From contig NC_045697.1 in the NCBI RefSeq assembly GCF_009834535.1, forward strand, positions 105,216,001 through 105,280,000: a stretch of DNA of 64,000 nucleotides, given 5' to 3'. The notes under the pieces are model-generated. The model did not search any database. It saw only the letters and a list, made by a program, of their open reading frames with translations, and was not told the origin of the DNA. Positions 51,801 to 64,000 of the stretch are shown in pieces; positions within the stretch are counted from its first letter, which is position 1, and each line of letters opens with the position of its first letter. Both the position numbers and the translations under genes were made by a program. The DNA comes from Camelus ferus. Lineage: Eukaryota.

Positions 51801-52754
51801 AATACTTCTTTAAATACTTCTTTACAGATACAGCATGTAAGATATGTCCCTAGTTGAGTAAGAATGGTTCCTGTTCAATAATCTCAGCTCCAGATTTTCA
51901 GGTCTACATACGGAGAGGCGACAAAATGGGAAGAAGTTAAAATTAAACTTGGAAAAGATGTCAGTGGGGTTATAGCAGTAATCTTCAACAATCAGGGTAG
52001 CTCAATAGGAACATAAATAAAAATGCTGAACTTCCTCAATTCTAAGTCACGATCAATGGTCAGATGCAGTACTGATTTATCTGGAAAGAAAATGATGTAA
52101 CGTGTTTTTCCTGATTGAAAGAAACAACTCAATTTCTGAAAGTTCAAAAGTGGACGGGAGAAGAAAGCACATTTTAAAAACTAAGGATACGGAGCTAAGT
52201 TTGTTGAGAATATGTGAATCTTCAAATTCAAGTTTAACTGTGCACTGCCCCAATCTAAAAAAAGAAAAAATACCCCAACCGTGGACACTCCTGTGTACTC
52301 TTCAAATTCACCCCAGTGGTCCCCCTTAGAGTATCATGGGATCCCGGGGGCTATGACTGTGGCAAAAGCGTGTTTACAGTCTGGAGCAGCTCCAGACACA
52401 CTCTGATGACGGTTTCTGCAACACCTGTTATTTCCCCATCGTCGGTAATCAGCTGGTGACTTCAGCGCTCCCAAAGTCCCTCCTGTGACATCCTCCCCGA
52501 TGATTTTACCAAAGTGAGCAGAAACAGTGATGGGGCAGGAGTGGATACACTTGGACAAGGGACAAGGTGGGTGTGCTCTATTACAGAAATCAAATAAAAC
52601 CTATTGTTTTTGCTAGTGTTTGGCATATTAGTATTACCTCTTGGTGACTGAGATTTGGTAATGAGAGGGAAATTGCATGGTCTCGTCTCTTGGCACAGAC
52701 TTAACCTGCTGGGTTTCACCATGTTCTCTCCATTTATTTTTTAAATATGGTTTA

Positions 52755-53652
52755 ATATTTTTTTTTAATTTTTAAAATTGTCGTAGAGTCAGTTTACAGT
52801 GTTGTGTCCATCTGCAGTGTACAGCATAATGTGTCAGTCATACATATACAAATATATCTTTGTTTTCACATTCTTTTTCATTATAGGTGACTATGAGATA
52901 GTGAATGAATATAGTTCCCTGTGCTATACAGAAGAAACTTGTTGTTTATCTATTTTATATATAATAGTTAGTATCTGTGAATCTCGATCTCCCAATTTAT
53001 CCCTTCCCACCTCCTTTCCCCTCTGGTAACCTTAAGTTTGGTTTCTAAATCTGAGTCTGTTTCTGTTTTGTAAGTAAGTTCATTTGTCTTTTTTGTTTAG
53101 ATTCTACATATAAATGGTATCATATGGTATTATTTTCTCTTTCTGGCTTATTTCACTTACAATGAAGATCTCCAGGTTCATCCACATTGCTAAAAATGGC
53201 ATTATTTTATTCTTTTTTATGGCTGAGTAGTATTCCATTGTAAATGAAATATCAGAACAGTAAGATAAAGACACAATCCCTTTTAAAATCACATCCCAAA
53301 AATTAAATACTTAAGAATAAATCTGACCAAGCAAGTGAAAGCCTTATATGTGGAGAACTACAAAACATTAAGGAAATTAAAAATGACTTGAAGAAATAGA
53401 AAGATATCCCACATTCTTAGGTTGGAAAAATTAATATTGTTAAAATGGCCATACTGCTCAAAGCAGTCTACAGAATTAATGGAATTCCTATAAAATTACC
53501 CAGGACATTTTTCACAGAACTAGAACAAATAATCCTAAAACTTACATGTAATCACAAAAGACCCAGAATTGCCAAAGCAATACTGAAGAAGAAGAATGAA
53601 GCTGGAGGAATAACCCTCCCAGACTTCAGACAACACTACAGAGCTACAGTCA
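52755..53652 (-). mobile_element. L1 3' end (52755-53245, minus) joined to an inverted ORF2 segment (53245-53652, plus)
   Basis: ORF 53445-53750 begins [69 protein letters not shown] (L1 ORF2). It abuts an opposite-strand L1 3' UTR. Confidence 0.9.
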
Positions 53653-54800
53653 TCTCCATCTCCTTTCTATTCGTCTTCTCTCATACACACTTTTCCCCAC
53701 ACACAGCTACACAGCTTAGCCAGAGAGCAGCACGCACGCCCACGTGTTAGTGGCAAAATGTTTTCACATCTCTGGCCCCTAAAGCCTCTTCCCTCTTGTG
53801 AGTGGATTTTGGTCTTGGCTATCGTCCTTTCTTGCCTCAATCCCATGGCCCTGCTTGTCCTTTTCCAGAGGCAACAGTGGGGCCCATCAACCATGGGTAC
53901 TTATTTCAACACTGGCTTCAAGCCAGGGCTCTGCCCCTTGCAGCCAGGGCTGTACCTGCTGTAGAAAGGGCTGGAGTGATGAGCAAAGAGGTGGCAGCAG
54001 CTGCAGGGGCATGCAGTGTTCATGCCTAGAGCAATGTAAGCCCACATAGGACAGTGGGAAGAAGGCGCTGCATATGGAAGGTTCTATTTCCCACTGTAGG
54101 AAGAGGGGAGCTGACATTAAATGAAGAGTCAGCATGGGGAGGAAGATACACCTAAGGGAAAGAGAAGCATTTTCATCGCACAAAATACACCTGCTCCCCA
54201 CCTGCAACCTCTACACATTCTCCTTCTCTCAGGCTGGACACATATGGTATCCAAAGGGGGAAAGATACAAAGCCAAAGCCAAGCCTTGGAAGTAGATCCT
54301 AGCATCTTCCTTTGTCATCTTCTGCCACAAAATCAGAAACAATGACCTACTTTGGACAATTTAAAGAAATACACAGACACTCCTATTTGACTGTATTTTC
54401 AAAAGTTCACTCATCATATACAAATGAGATACATATATTCTCCAAAACTGGTCAACAGATGTAGATCTAATTCTAACCTCTGGCATTCATAAGGTTTCTC
54501 AACAGATGCAAAGGGAAAAAAATAAAAACAATAGCAAAAGTTACACTTAGAAGTCTTTGGAATTTTCTTATGAGAAAAAAGATGGGTTAAAGAACACAAA
54601 AGACGTCAAAAAAGATTGTCCCAAACATGGAAAGAATCAGTTAAATAACGGTTTAAAGTCCTGCCAGCTGACTATACACGTCAACATAAGGGGGCAGCAC
54701 CAAGGTGATAGCGTCTTTCAAGTGGAAATATTAACATTCAAGGTCCAAAGTAACTCTCTTCATCCAAAAAATAAATACATGACAATTAGAAAACATTTAC

Positions 54801-55034
54801 GTGTTAGCCACTATATATAAAAATAGGTTTTTTAAGAAGTTTATTTTGCATAACACAGGGAATTATGCTCAATATCTTGTAATAACCTTTAAAAAATATG
54901 AAAGTGAATATACTTATGTATATGCATGACTGGGACAAGATATAGGACGTTGTGCTATACACCAGAAACTGACACATTGTAACTGATTGTAGAAAGCAAA
55001 GCAAAGCAAAGCAAAGGAAAGCAAAGCAAAGCAA
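54801..55034 (+). mobile_element. L1 3' end with (AAAGC)n tail and TSD
   Basis: TSD agaaaacatttac (54788-54800) / agaaaatatttac (55035-55047). Confidence 0.92.
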
Positions 55035-55232
55035 AGAAAATATTTACATATCAAAGGTATGTCCAGGATGAATGTTACATAAACAACATAGTTACAAGAT
55101 TTCTAAGCGATAGTTTAAACCTAAGTTTTCTTTCACACTTAAGCAAAGATGCTATGAATCAGAGAGATACGTTGATTTTTAGAAACAAAAGTAGTAGGTT
55201 CCTAGTAAAAGAGGAGCAGTGATGCTACAAAG

Positions 55233-55392
55233 TAGGCTATAATAATAACTGGACATTAGGTATATAATATCTCTAAGTTAGATACAGGAATCCCTGCATC
55301 TCAGACAGAGTAGTATCTCCATGTTAGGTGCAGTAATATCACTGTTAGATACGGTAACATCTCTATATTAGATACAGCAATATCTATATATT
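55233..55392. repeat. Degenerate ~23-bp minisatellite, 6-7 units
   Basis: Units include ttaggtatataatatctctaag / ttagatacaggaatccctgcatc / tcagacagagtagtatctccatg / ttaggtgcagtaatatcactg / ttagatacggtaacatctctata / ttagatacagcaatatctatata. Confidence 0.8.
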
Positions 55393-55629
55393 CTGATATT
55401 CCACATTCAGGAGAAAAAAGAGTGGGGAAAAATGAAATATGACATTTTGTGAGGACATCTGTCCTTGTCACATATAAAATACCATGTTTTATTACTAAGT
55501 AATAAGTTCAACTGTCAGTGCTCCCCTGGGGTTCATCCATTCTTCCTCGTAGCTTCATTTCACGAGGCTGGAGAGCTGGGGTGAGAATATCTGCTTTGCA
55601 CATTAGTTGTTTTTTTTTTTTTTTTTAAA

Positions 55630-56045
55630 AAAAAACCTGAAAGCTTGATGATTTATAAGAATATCAGAAGAAAATTTAGGAGAATTGTTCTATGAACCTG
55701 GGGTTGGAAAAGACTTCCTAAATCTGTCACCTAAAACCGGAAATCATAAAGGTTGGCAGCTATGACACTTTAGGGAAAAAAAACCACTTTAAAAATATTG
55801 ACAATTTACAAACTTGAAAATACTATAAGTGCAATGTATCATAATACATTAAATTCCAAGCTCTTTCAAATCAGATTGAATAAGAAATCCAAAAGTTTAA
55901 AAAAAAACTAAAAAAAGAAATAAATGTGATAATAATTATACATGTCTGTGAACATACTAAAACCATTGAATTGTATACTTTAAATAGACAAATTCATGAT
56001 ATGAAGATTAGACCTCAACAAAACTCTGCAGAAATTAAGAAAAAG
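55630..56045 (+). mobile_element. Old L1 fragments
   Basis: agaagaaaatttaggagaattgttctatgaacctggggttggaaaagacttcctaaa and actaaaaccattgaattgtatactttaaa. Confidence 0.7.
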
Positions 56046-56999
56046 AGGGAGGGAGGGAGGAGAGAGTGGGGGAGGGGAAGAGAGAAGAAAAGAGAAAATG
56101 AAGGAAGGAAAGAAGAAAGATGTTCAATAAATCTATGCAAATAGATAATCACAGCAAGAACAAAACTGCAAACAAAAACAACCACTTTTTGCCCCATGTA
56201 AGATAACAATATTTTATAATGCCTGCTGCCACTGGTAAAACCAAATTAATTCATCTTTTAGGAGGCCATTTTTTCCTAATGTTTTAATATTTAAACCATT
56301 ATAACCTTTGAGGCAGAATTCCACTGGAAATATTTTTTTTCTTAACACTTAGGTGATATCTATATGGATACACATACCTTCCCACTTGCCAAGTTTGGAA
56401 GAATATACACAAATATTTGTTAGCAGTAGTTATTGCTGAGAAGTTTGTTTGCTTTTTTGATTTGTGTCAAAATGTCCTGTATTAAAACAGCTAGCAGACT
56501 GTCCTTAGTATGCTTCATGTCTGTGGCATTTTATCTTAATCAAAACACCACCTATCCATAGCAAGATGAGGGTAACGTCGCCATCTGACTTTAAAGCTTC
56601 ACTGTTTGCCCTGGGCTGCCGGTGTCCCCAAGGGCACGTGGTGCAGTGGGAGGGCAGAGACCGCCGTGGGATACAGTGTTAGGTCTTCATGGAACATCAA
56701 TTTATTCCATTTTGGAGAAAGTTTTCATTCTTTTCCAAAGGGTTGATCTTTTTTGTATGTGGGGTTTTTGTTGTTGTTTTTAGAGGTTTGTATTTTGTTT
56801 TTGTTTTGTCTTGCCTATTTTTTATTTTTTGGACATGAGTAGAAGTAAAATCCACAGAAACTCACTTTTCTATATGCACTTAATTTTGAGTATTTTTCAT
56901 AAAAAATAAACCTCAGGGTCCGTATACAGAGAGAAAGAGTATCCACTCTATACATATATAGAGAGAGCGTATCAACTGATGATACAAAAGCGGCATTCT

Positions 57000-57350
57000 G
57001 TATCATCAGTGGATACCCAGTACCTAGTCTCCCAGCTTAGTGAAATAACTGATTTTAAGCTGAATGTACCACTGCTACCCAAAGGACTATTCACTCCAAT
57101 CTCCTCTGCACGTGTGATCACGTGACCTAGTGGTGGCCAACGAGATATAACCTGAACTACTTCATGGAACTTCCAGAGAGCCTCCTTAAAATCTCCATAG
57201 TGATGGGAGGATGGAGAGTTGGGAGGATGATGAGAGCCACACGACAGCTCCAGACGGCCACCTCCCAGGTTCTTTCACATGGAAGAAATTCTATTTAAAC
57301 CACTATTTTTTTTTAAAAACTACATAGCTTAACCTAAATCCAGTTGATAT
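57000..57350 (+). mobile_element. Old ERVL/MaLR-type solo LTR (LTR33/LTR16/MLT1-like)
   Basis: cacgtgacctagtggtggccaacgagatata...ggaacttccagagagcctccttaaaa...tatttaaaccact...aacctaaatccagttgata. Confidence 0.6.
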
Positions 57351-57864
57351 AAAATCAGGAAAAGCAAGGCAGTATTAGTGTGAAAGCTGTTTCAAAGTGA
57401 AACAGGTATATTTCTGCTGCAAGAAGAGACACTGTGCCCAGGACCCTGCCTGCGGGACCAGTCCTGGTCACAAGGAAGCAAAAAGTTGGAATTAGTAATT
57501 TCAGGGCTGGTCCTAAGACGCCCATACAACTAACTCATTTTTGAAATTGGCTTTGAAGAACTGCATGAAAAAAAACAATGTTTGGTTTCCATTTTGGATT
57601 GTATACTTTAAGAATCAAAATAATTTTAAATTTATTTTCAGCTGAGAATATAGGGTGTGACAATTAGAAACGTAAACTGTCAAGCTGAAACAAGGGAGGA
57701 CACACAGAACAATTAGTGTATCTGTAAAAAGTGAACTCATTAAATGCCATAATCGACCCTAGTACACAGGCCATACAAGCCTTCAGGAAAATTATGAAGA
57801 ATACCAGGAATATGGATGGCTAAAATGAGAGCAGCTTTTTTGCTTTAGAAAAAGCACAAATGAT

Positions 57865-58185
57865 ACAAATTCTATTTACAAACCAGACTCATGAACATAG
57901 AAAACAAACTATGGTTACTATAAAGGGGAAAGTAGGGGGAGAGATAAATAAGAGTTTGGGATTAACAGATACACATTATTATATACAAAACAGATGAACA
58001 ACGAGGATCTACTGTATAGCACAGGGAACTACATTCAATTTCTTGTAATAACATACAATGGAAAAGAATCTGAAAAAAAAAATATATGTGTATGTGTATG
58101 TATAATTGAATCACTTTGCTGTACACATGAAACTAAAATTGTAATTCCATTACACTTTAATAAAAAGTAAAATTAAACAAACAAC
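57865..58185 (+). mobile_element. L1 3' end
   Basis: cagactcatgaacatagaaaacaaactatggttac...ctactgtatagcacagggaactac...aataaaaag. Confidence 0.9.
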
Positions 58186-59419
58186 AATGAGAAGAGACCG
58201 ATCCAAGCCAGCACAGGCTGACGGGAGTCTAATGGGTCTATGCTCCAAGACCAGAGGCTGCAGACCTGACAGGACCACCCTGCCCACTGAGGATGTAGAT
58301 CCATCAACTGTTGAATCAAGAGCATGGTGGTTTGCGTAATGGGAATATTAGCGGTGAGAGGGAGTAAGGACTCGTAACTGGGGGACCTCTACAGTGCTAG
58401 GTAAGACCCCACCCCACCCCACACACACTGGAGGATCTCCGCCAGGCTCTGGGAGGGGAGAGCTACAGCTGAAGAACTGAACTTTCCTCTCTCTGACCCA
58501 TCAGAATCTACGGAACTTAGAAGAAACAAACTAAGTCTCTCGCATTCCCTAGATTTTAGATTAAGAATCCCATGTGTTGCTTAACCATTAATATGGTATG
58601 AAAACATTTAATTATGTCAAGAAGTGTTTGTAGTATGTTATGGGAAACAAAGCAGAATTTAAAAAAAAAAAACATGTGAAAGTCTGATGTTTTATCTATA
58701 TATTGTTGCTGTTTGAAAGCACATAGGAAAAAAGCCTGTGAGGAAATGTATCAAAATGCCAATACCTGCTAGTTTCCTCTTCTTCAGCGGCATGGGAAGA
58801 GGGAATAGTTCCTCTTTTTTCTAGAATGTGGTTATAATACTTTTAAAATGGAAAAAGATTCAAAGTAAACACATGCGATTAGAATATCCTCTCTTTTCAA
58901 ACCTAATTATATTCATTTTTGGTTCACCTGGCATTCTGCTCATTATTTTGATGATTGCTACCTTTGCGATATCTCCTGTGGACATACAAGTTACAGTTTA
59001 GGGCTTGGTTTATTGGATTTTAAGCCGCACACTGTAAAGTAGAAACATTAAGAAGAAAGGACTTTTTATTAAGGTTTTATATGAACTTTCAAACGTATTT
59101 AAGAATTAGGATTTGCTACTGATAACAAGTCTAGACATAGTTTATCAGTTTATCAGTTTTTATAAAGAATGGAATTTGGTCTGAAAAGCTTTGGTTTCAC
59201 TACTTGTTTAATGTTTATGTTCACTACCTTTTCTTTTAACTACTGAAAGGAAAATCAATGCTCTTTCAGACAAGAAATATATGTTATATTTCCAAAATTA
59301 AGCTAACATTTCAGGCAAAAATAATCAATATTTTCACTGACACACTTATAATGCAATGATTTCAGTATATCAAGTGGGAATTCACCTTCTGTTTTTTGTT
59401 TTTGGAAAACATCATGGTG

Positions 59420-59625
59420 GTTCAATGCTTATAAAGACAGAAAACCTGGATTTATATCTTGGATTTCTAAACTTTATGGACCTCATTTTTTTTCCCCATC
59501 TGTAGGACTGGGAATAATGTAAGAACCAGCTTCATTGAGATACTGTGAGGATTGAATACTATATGTATACTACCTGGGCACAAAATGAGCACCATTATAT
59601 GACTCCACTGTTACTGTTATTATTA
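59420..59625 (+). mobile_element. MIR
   Basis: cctcattttttttccccatctgtagga...gtgaggattgaa...cctgggcacaaaatgagcac. Confidence 0.7.
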
Positions 59626-60194
59626 AGAACAGGACTTGCTCTCAAAAAGGAAAGCTTCCCTTCATTGAGAGAACAGCAAAACTACCACGCAACTTGCAAA
59701 CATCACTTTCTCTTTAGAAATTCAGGTTGTTTCTTATGTTATTAATAACTACCTTAGAATGAAACACACTAAGTTATCAACTTGCTCCTTTTTACTGGAT
59801 TACAATATTTAATGTCCAATTAACTGAGAAAAAGAAATATTAAATTGCAGACTAAGCAAGTCCAGTGCGCTAGAAGTTAAGGCATCTGGTATACCAAGTG
59901 TGACATTCAGACAATGTCTTGATAGACTGACAATCAAAAATGGGTATCTAAGGGCTAAATGCAATATGATTTTTAAGAGTTTTTTTTTTTTTAAAGAAAA
60001 TGTCAATGTTTTTCTTTTTTAATAGTGGCAATGATGGAATCTTATCTACACATTTTACTTTGCTCACAGTGTGAAAGCCATCTCATGACTTATCTGGGAT
60101 TGGTTTATTCATGACAAAACCAGTTGTCAAAACTCTACTGGTTGTTAAGAGTTAGGTTAAAATAAAGAAGGAAAACTGTCAGGCTGGCACAGGG

Positions 60195-60497
60195 TAAGCC
60201 TACTGCTGAATGGCAGCCAACTCTGGGTCTTAGCAAGAAGGAGCAATGGGGGATGATGGTAGATGAAGTGACCCAGAGATACATGTCCCATAGAAAGAAG
60301 GCAGCTGCTCTGGACAAGGCAGAATTCAAATCTAGTAGTGCCAGACAGTCTGATCTCCATCGTCCCCCATCCCCACCATGAAGAACCAAAAATAACTCAA
60401 TTTTAAAGAGTTAGAGACTAATTTAATTTTTAAAATGTAGAGGCAAAACAAAACACATTGCGGGGCCAAACCGGGCATGGGTGCGTTTGTGACCTAT
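60195..60497 (-). mobile_element. hAT-Charlie element, MER102-like
   Basis: gcaatgggggatgatgg...aaggcagctgctc...tgccagac...ggcaaaacaaaacacattgcggggccaaaccggg...tttgtgacct. Confidence 0.6.
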
Positions 60498-61118
60498 GAT
60501 GTAAGTGCTTCCAATCACCTGAAACGTTTTCAGTAACATCCCTTTTGGAGTGTTTGAAACAGAAAAATAAACATATTTTCTAAATTTAAAAATTGCATTA
60601 TGTTTATTTACCTATCCCTTTTAATATTTATGCTTATTTTTTAAGGCTAGAAAAGGTACCTACAAACTAGGATAATAACTCAACAGAATCTTTAATCGAA
60701 ATATCCTCAAACGTCTATTTGCCGCACAGTCAAAAGCCAAACAGCTTCTTCTGAGCAGAAAACACTGTCATCACAATTTCACAGAGTAGATTTACATGGG
60801 AACCTCTGACGCCCGCTTCAAACTTTTCTTACTCTGGTTTTACACATTTTATCATCAGCCTGGGACAAACGGGGTGACTGAAGACAGCCCTACTGATAAC
60901 CACAGACTTGATGGTGAAGACATCAAGATGACAGGAAGTCTCAGACAGTGACAGTGACAGCAGTCAACTGTCAGAGCCCGAGATCCCTGGGGAAGGGTCA
61001 GGTTGCCCAGCGTGACCCACAAAGCTCAGAGTACTGCAAGGTATTTTACCAAAGGGCCCTGGTGAGTTTTCTACACAGCACAACAGGTCAGACTAGTACT
61101 ATAAATAACATAGAAGGC

Positions 61119-61137
61119 ACGTGCACACGCATGCACG

Positions 61138-61168
<31 letters not shown>
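61119..61168. repeat. Alternating purine-pyrimidine tract ending in (AC)n
   Basis: acgtgcacacgcatgcacgcgtacacacac... Confidence 0.9.
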
Positions 61169-61171
<3 letters not shown>

Positions 61172-61280
61172 TCTGAGTTCCTAGGACAAAGGTGCATGAT
61201 GGTCAGCACTACATTCCAGAAAAAAACCTATTTCACATTTATAGGTAATTATGTGCAAGGTTCTGGGCCATTATAAATAC

Positions 61281-61640
61281 CTGATAATCCCAAACTCCTA
61301 ATTTATCCCTTCCCCACCCTTTCCCCTTTGGTAACCATAAGTTTGTTTTCTATGTCTGTGAGTCTTTCTCCGTTTTGTAAATGAGTTCATTTATATCATT
61401 GTTTTTAAGATTCCACATGTAAGTGTAATCTAAAATTAGGAGTTTGGCATTAGCAGATACAATAAAATAGATAAACAAGGTCCCACTGCATAGAACAGGG
61501 AACTATATTCAGTATCTTGTAATGACCTATAATGAAAAAGAAAATGAAAAAGAATATATATATAACTGAATCACTATGCTGTACACCAGAAACTAATGTA
61601 ACACTGTAAATCAGCTACACTTCAATTAAAAATTATATTT
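61281..61640 (+). mobile_element. L1 3' end with 5' inversion
   Basis: 61281-61425 is inverted and 61433-61632 is forward, ending cacttcaattaaaaa. Confidence 0.88.
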
Positions 61641-62670
61641 AAAAGCCAAAAAATTTACTTGAGAAGAATTATTTTAAGAGTTGATGTTTCATCATAGGTT
61701 AGACTACGTCTCTGAAGGGCTTCAAAGCTCCAAAACCGGCCTGTGCTTTTTCCCTGAGGGGTTAAACACTCAAGCTTTCCAGAAAATCAGATTTGAACAT
61801 ATAATAGGTTCCTAATGGTAGAAATAAGGGGTTGAGCTTTGTTTTAAATCAGAATTGTGTGACTACAGACAACAAGTTACTTAAAAAACAAACAAACAAA
61901 CAAACAAAAACCTCTCTGGTGTTTAAGGATTTTAGCTATTAATGAGTTGATCACAAACAAGTTTGCTCCAATAAGCAGTCACTCCAGTCAGGCCTTCCCA
62001 GTAGGTATGATCAAAGCTTCCCTGTAGATGGACTAGATTTTACTGTCAACTCTGCCACTGCGGATGGCTCATTCTGATGAAAGAAAGAGGAGGTGCCACC
62101 CTTCCCCTCTCAGCTAACAGGGTCGAGGAAGTCAGCAGCAGCAATTAACCTTCAGCCCAGTGCGCCCAAGAGCTGCAGCGATCAGGCAGGCCTGGCTTCG
62201 TCTTGCTGAACTTCCAGTGAGTTAGCATTTAAGAACTGATGCTGCCCCTCTTGCTCTTACTAGGTTTTGGTTCTTTCTTTCTCTAAGACGCACAGTTTCC
62301 AAGCCTGGAGAAAAGAAGAGCTACTGAAAATGCTGAGTAAGTAAAACATTTCTAAGTGGCTTTTAAAATTAATTATTTCTAAGTCTTCACTACTCAATAT
62401 CATATGGTATTCTGTTTCACTTAAAAATTTTGCACTTTTTTTTTTACGCCAAAGATTTAGATTTCAAATAAACTGAATAAGGTGAGGAAAGCCTGCGTGT
62501 GCTGTATCACTACGAGTAACTCCAAATTTGGCTTTTAGAACCATAAGAAGCAAAGGTTACAGTGAATACCAAATAAAGCTCTTCCCAAAGAGTCAAGCTT
62601 TGTGACACATGCAAGGAGCCATCAAGAGCAATAAAGAAGCCTGCAGTGCAAGTTAGCAAAGGGGAATTTT

Positions 62671-63452
62671 CTTGTTTTTTTAGTTGAAGTATAGTTGATG
62701 TGCAATACTGTGTTAGTTTCAGGTGACGGCAAAGTGATTCTGTTTTTTATAGACATACACATATGTATATACATTTCAGATTCTTTTCCATTATAGGTTA
62801 TTATAAAATACTGAATATTGTTCCCTGTTCTGTACAGCAAATCCTTCTTACTTACCTATTTCATGTCTAGTAGTTTGTCAATCCCATACTCCTAACTTAT
62901 CCCTTCCCCTCCCTTTTCCCTTTGGTAACAATAAGTTTGTTTTCTGTGTCTGTGAGTCTGTTCCTGTTTTATACATAGATTCATTTGTCTTATTTGTTAG
63001 ATTCCACTTATAAGTGATATCATCTATTTGTCTTTGTCTGACTTACTTCACTTAGTATGATAATCTCTAGGTCCATCCATGTTGTTGCAAATGGCATTAT
63101 TTCATTCTTTTTCATGGCTGAGTAGTATTCCTCTGTGTGTGTGTGTGTGTGTGTGTGTGTCTGTGTGTGTAATATATCACACCACATCTTCTTTATCCAG
63201 TCATCTATCAATGGACATTCAGGTTGCTTCCATGTCTCGGCTAATGTAAATAGTGCTGCTATGAACACTGGGGTGCATGTATCATTTCAAATTCGAGTTT
63301 TCATTTTTCCCTTTTCCGGATATATGCACAGAAGTGGGACTGCTGGGTCATCTGATAACTCTTTTAGTTTTTTAAGGAACTCCCCCATACTGTTTGCCAT
63401 AGTGGCTACACCAAATTTTATTCCCACCAACAGTATAGCAGGGTTCCCTTTT
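62671..63452 (-). mobile_element. L1 ORF2 end plus 3' UTR with internal (GT)n
   Basis: ORF 63020-63268 gives MFIAALFTLAETWKQPECPLIDDWIKKMW...EYYSAMKKNEIMPFATTWMDLEIIILSEVSQ. Confidence 0.95.
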
Positions 63453-64000
63453 CAAAGTTTCAATGAACCAGAGAAATCACAGCTGAGAAAGTGGGTAGAG
63501 GGAAAGGCTCATAAGGAAATATTGTATCATTTCTTTAACGTCATGGCTACGTAAGAGCACCAACCAGTGAGAGACTGAACAATTAAAAGCACATTAGAAA
63601 ATTCTCCACTAGGTGCTCCATATGTGTACTGTGATAGGTATCACGTGGCACAAAGTAAAACAACTCCAAAAATACACCTGTGTTTCATACTTGACGAGGC
63701 ACTGGTTGTTGATCTATAATAAGCCCCTTATGAGCTAAGCTATGCTTTCACTATAATCCTTCCCCACATATCTGAACCTGCTGTGGGATTTTTTTAAACT
63801 GTGATTAGCAGTGACTAAAACTTCTAATCCCCCGCTATATACCTTTATTATTAACACATACAATTATCATGCTGTAGCATTAAAGAACTGTGAAAAACCT
63901 CATCTTATCTAAATCTCACCATTTAACAGCAAATGACAGTAAGATTTCCACAAACTGTTTCGGTCATTTTGTTATTTTTACTGTAAATTACTTCTGCTAT

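Noticed and set aside
55233..55392. CRISPR-like array
   Set aside because: Eukaryotic intron with contiguous degenerate units, no unique spacers and no cas genes.
56922..56985. ~33-bp local duplication (gagagaaagagtatccact / gagagagcgtatcaact)
   Set aside because: Low-complexity slippage product with no sign of function.
967..63554. The many 60-170 aa ORFs in the supplied track
   Set aside because: They overlap each other on both strands, fall in L2/LTR/L1/microsatellite sequence or lack recognisable domains. Only L1 ORF2 remnants and the piggyBac remnant resemble known proteins.

Overview
Mammalian genomic DNA, probably camelid judging by Vic-1-type tRNA-derived SINEs. The window lies inside the NR3C2 (mineralocorticoid receptor) gene on the minus strand. 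The only convincing coding sequence is the 140-nt first-zinc-finger exon (exon 3) at 38-177, which the ORF track misses. It keeps the alternative donor 12 nt downstream that gives the known MR+4 (KCSW) isoform. Everything from 178 to 64000 appears to be part of the very long upstream intron (intron 2). This intron is filled with L1 3' fragments (four with 5' inversions), L2, MIR, MaLR/ERVL LTRs, hAT elements, a MamSINE1-like copy, a decayed piggyBac (Looper-like) transposase and microsatellites. I found no evidence of a new multi-gene system. The best leads are a candidate stop-containing cryptic exon beside a recursive-splice-like site (39.7-40.2 kb), a SINE tandem dimer with three target-site copies, L1 inversions with duplicated junctions, a very young 53-bp L1 insertion, and a few motif clusters. 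Repeat family names are from recall of consensus sequences, and repeat boundaries without TSDs are approximate.
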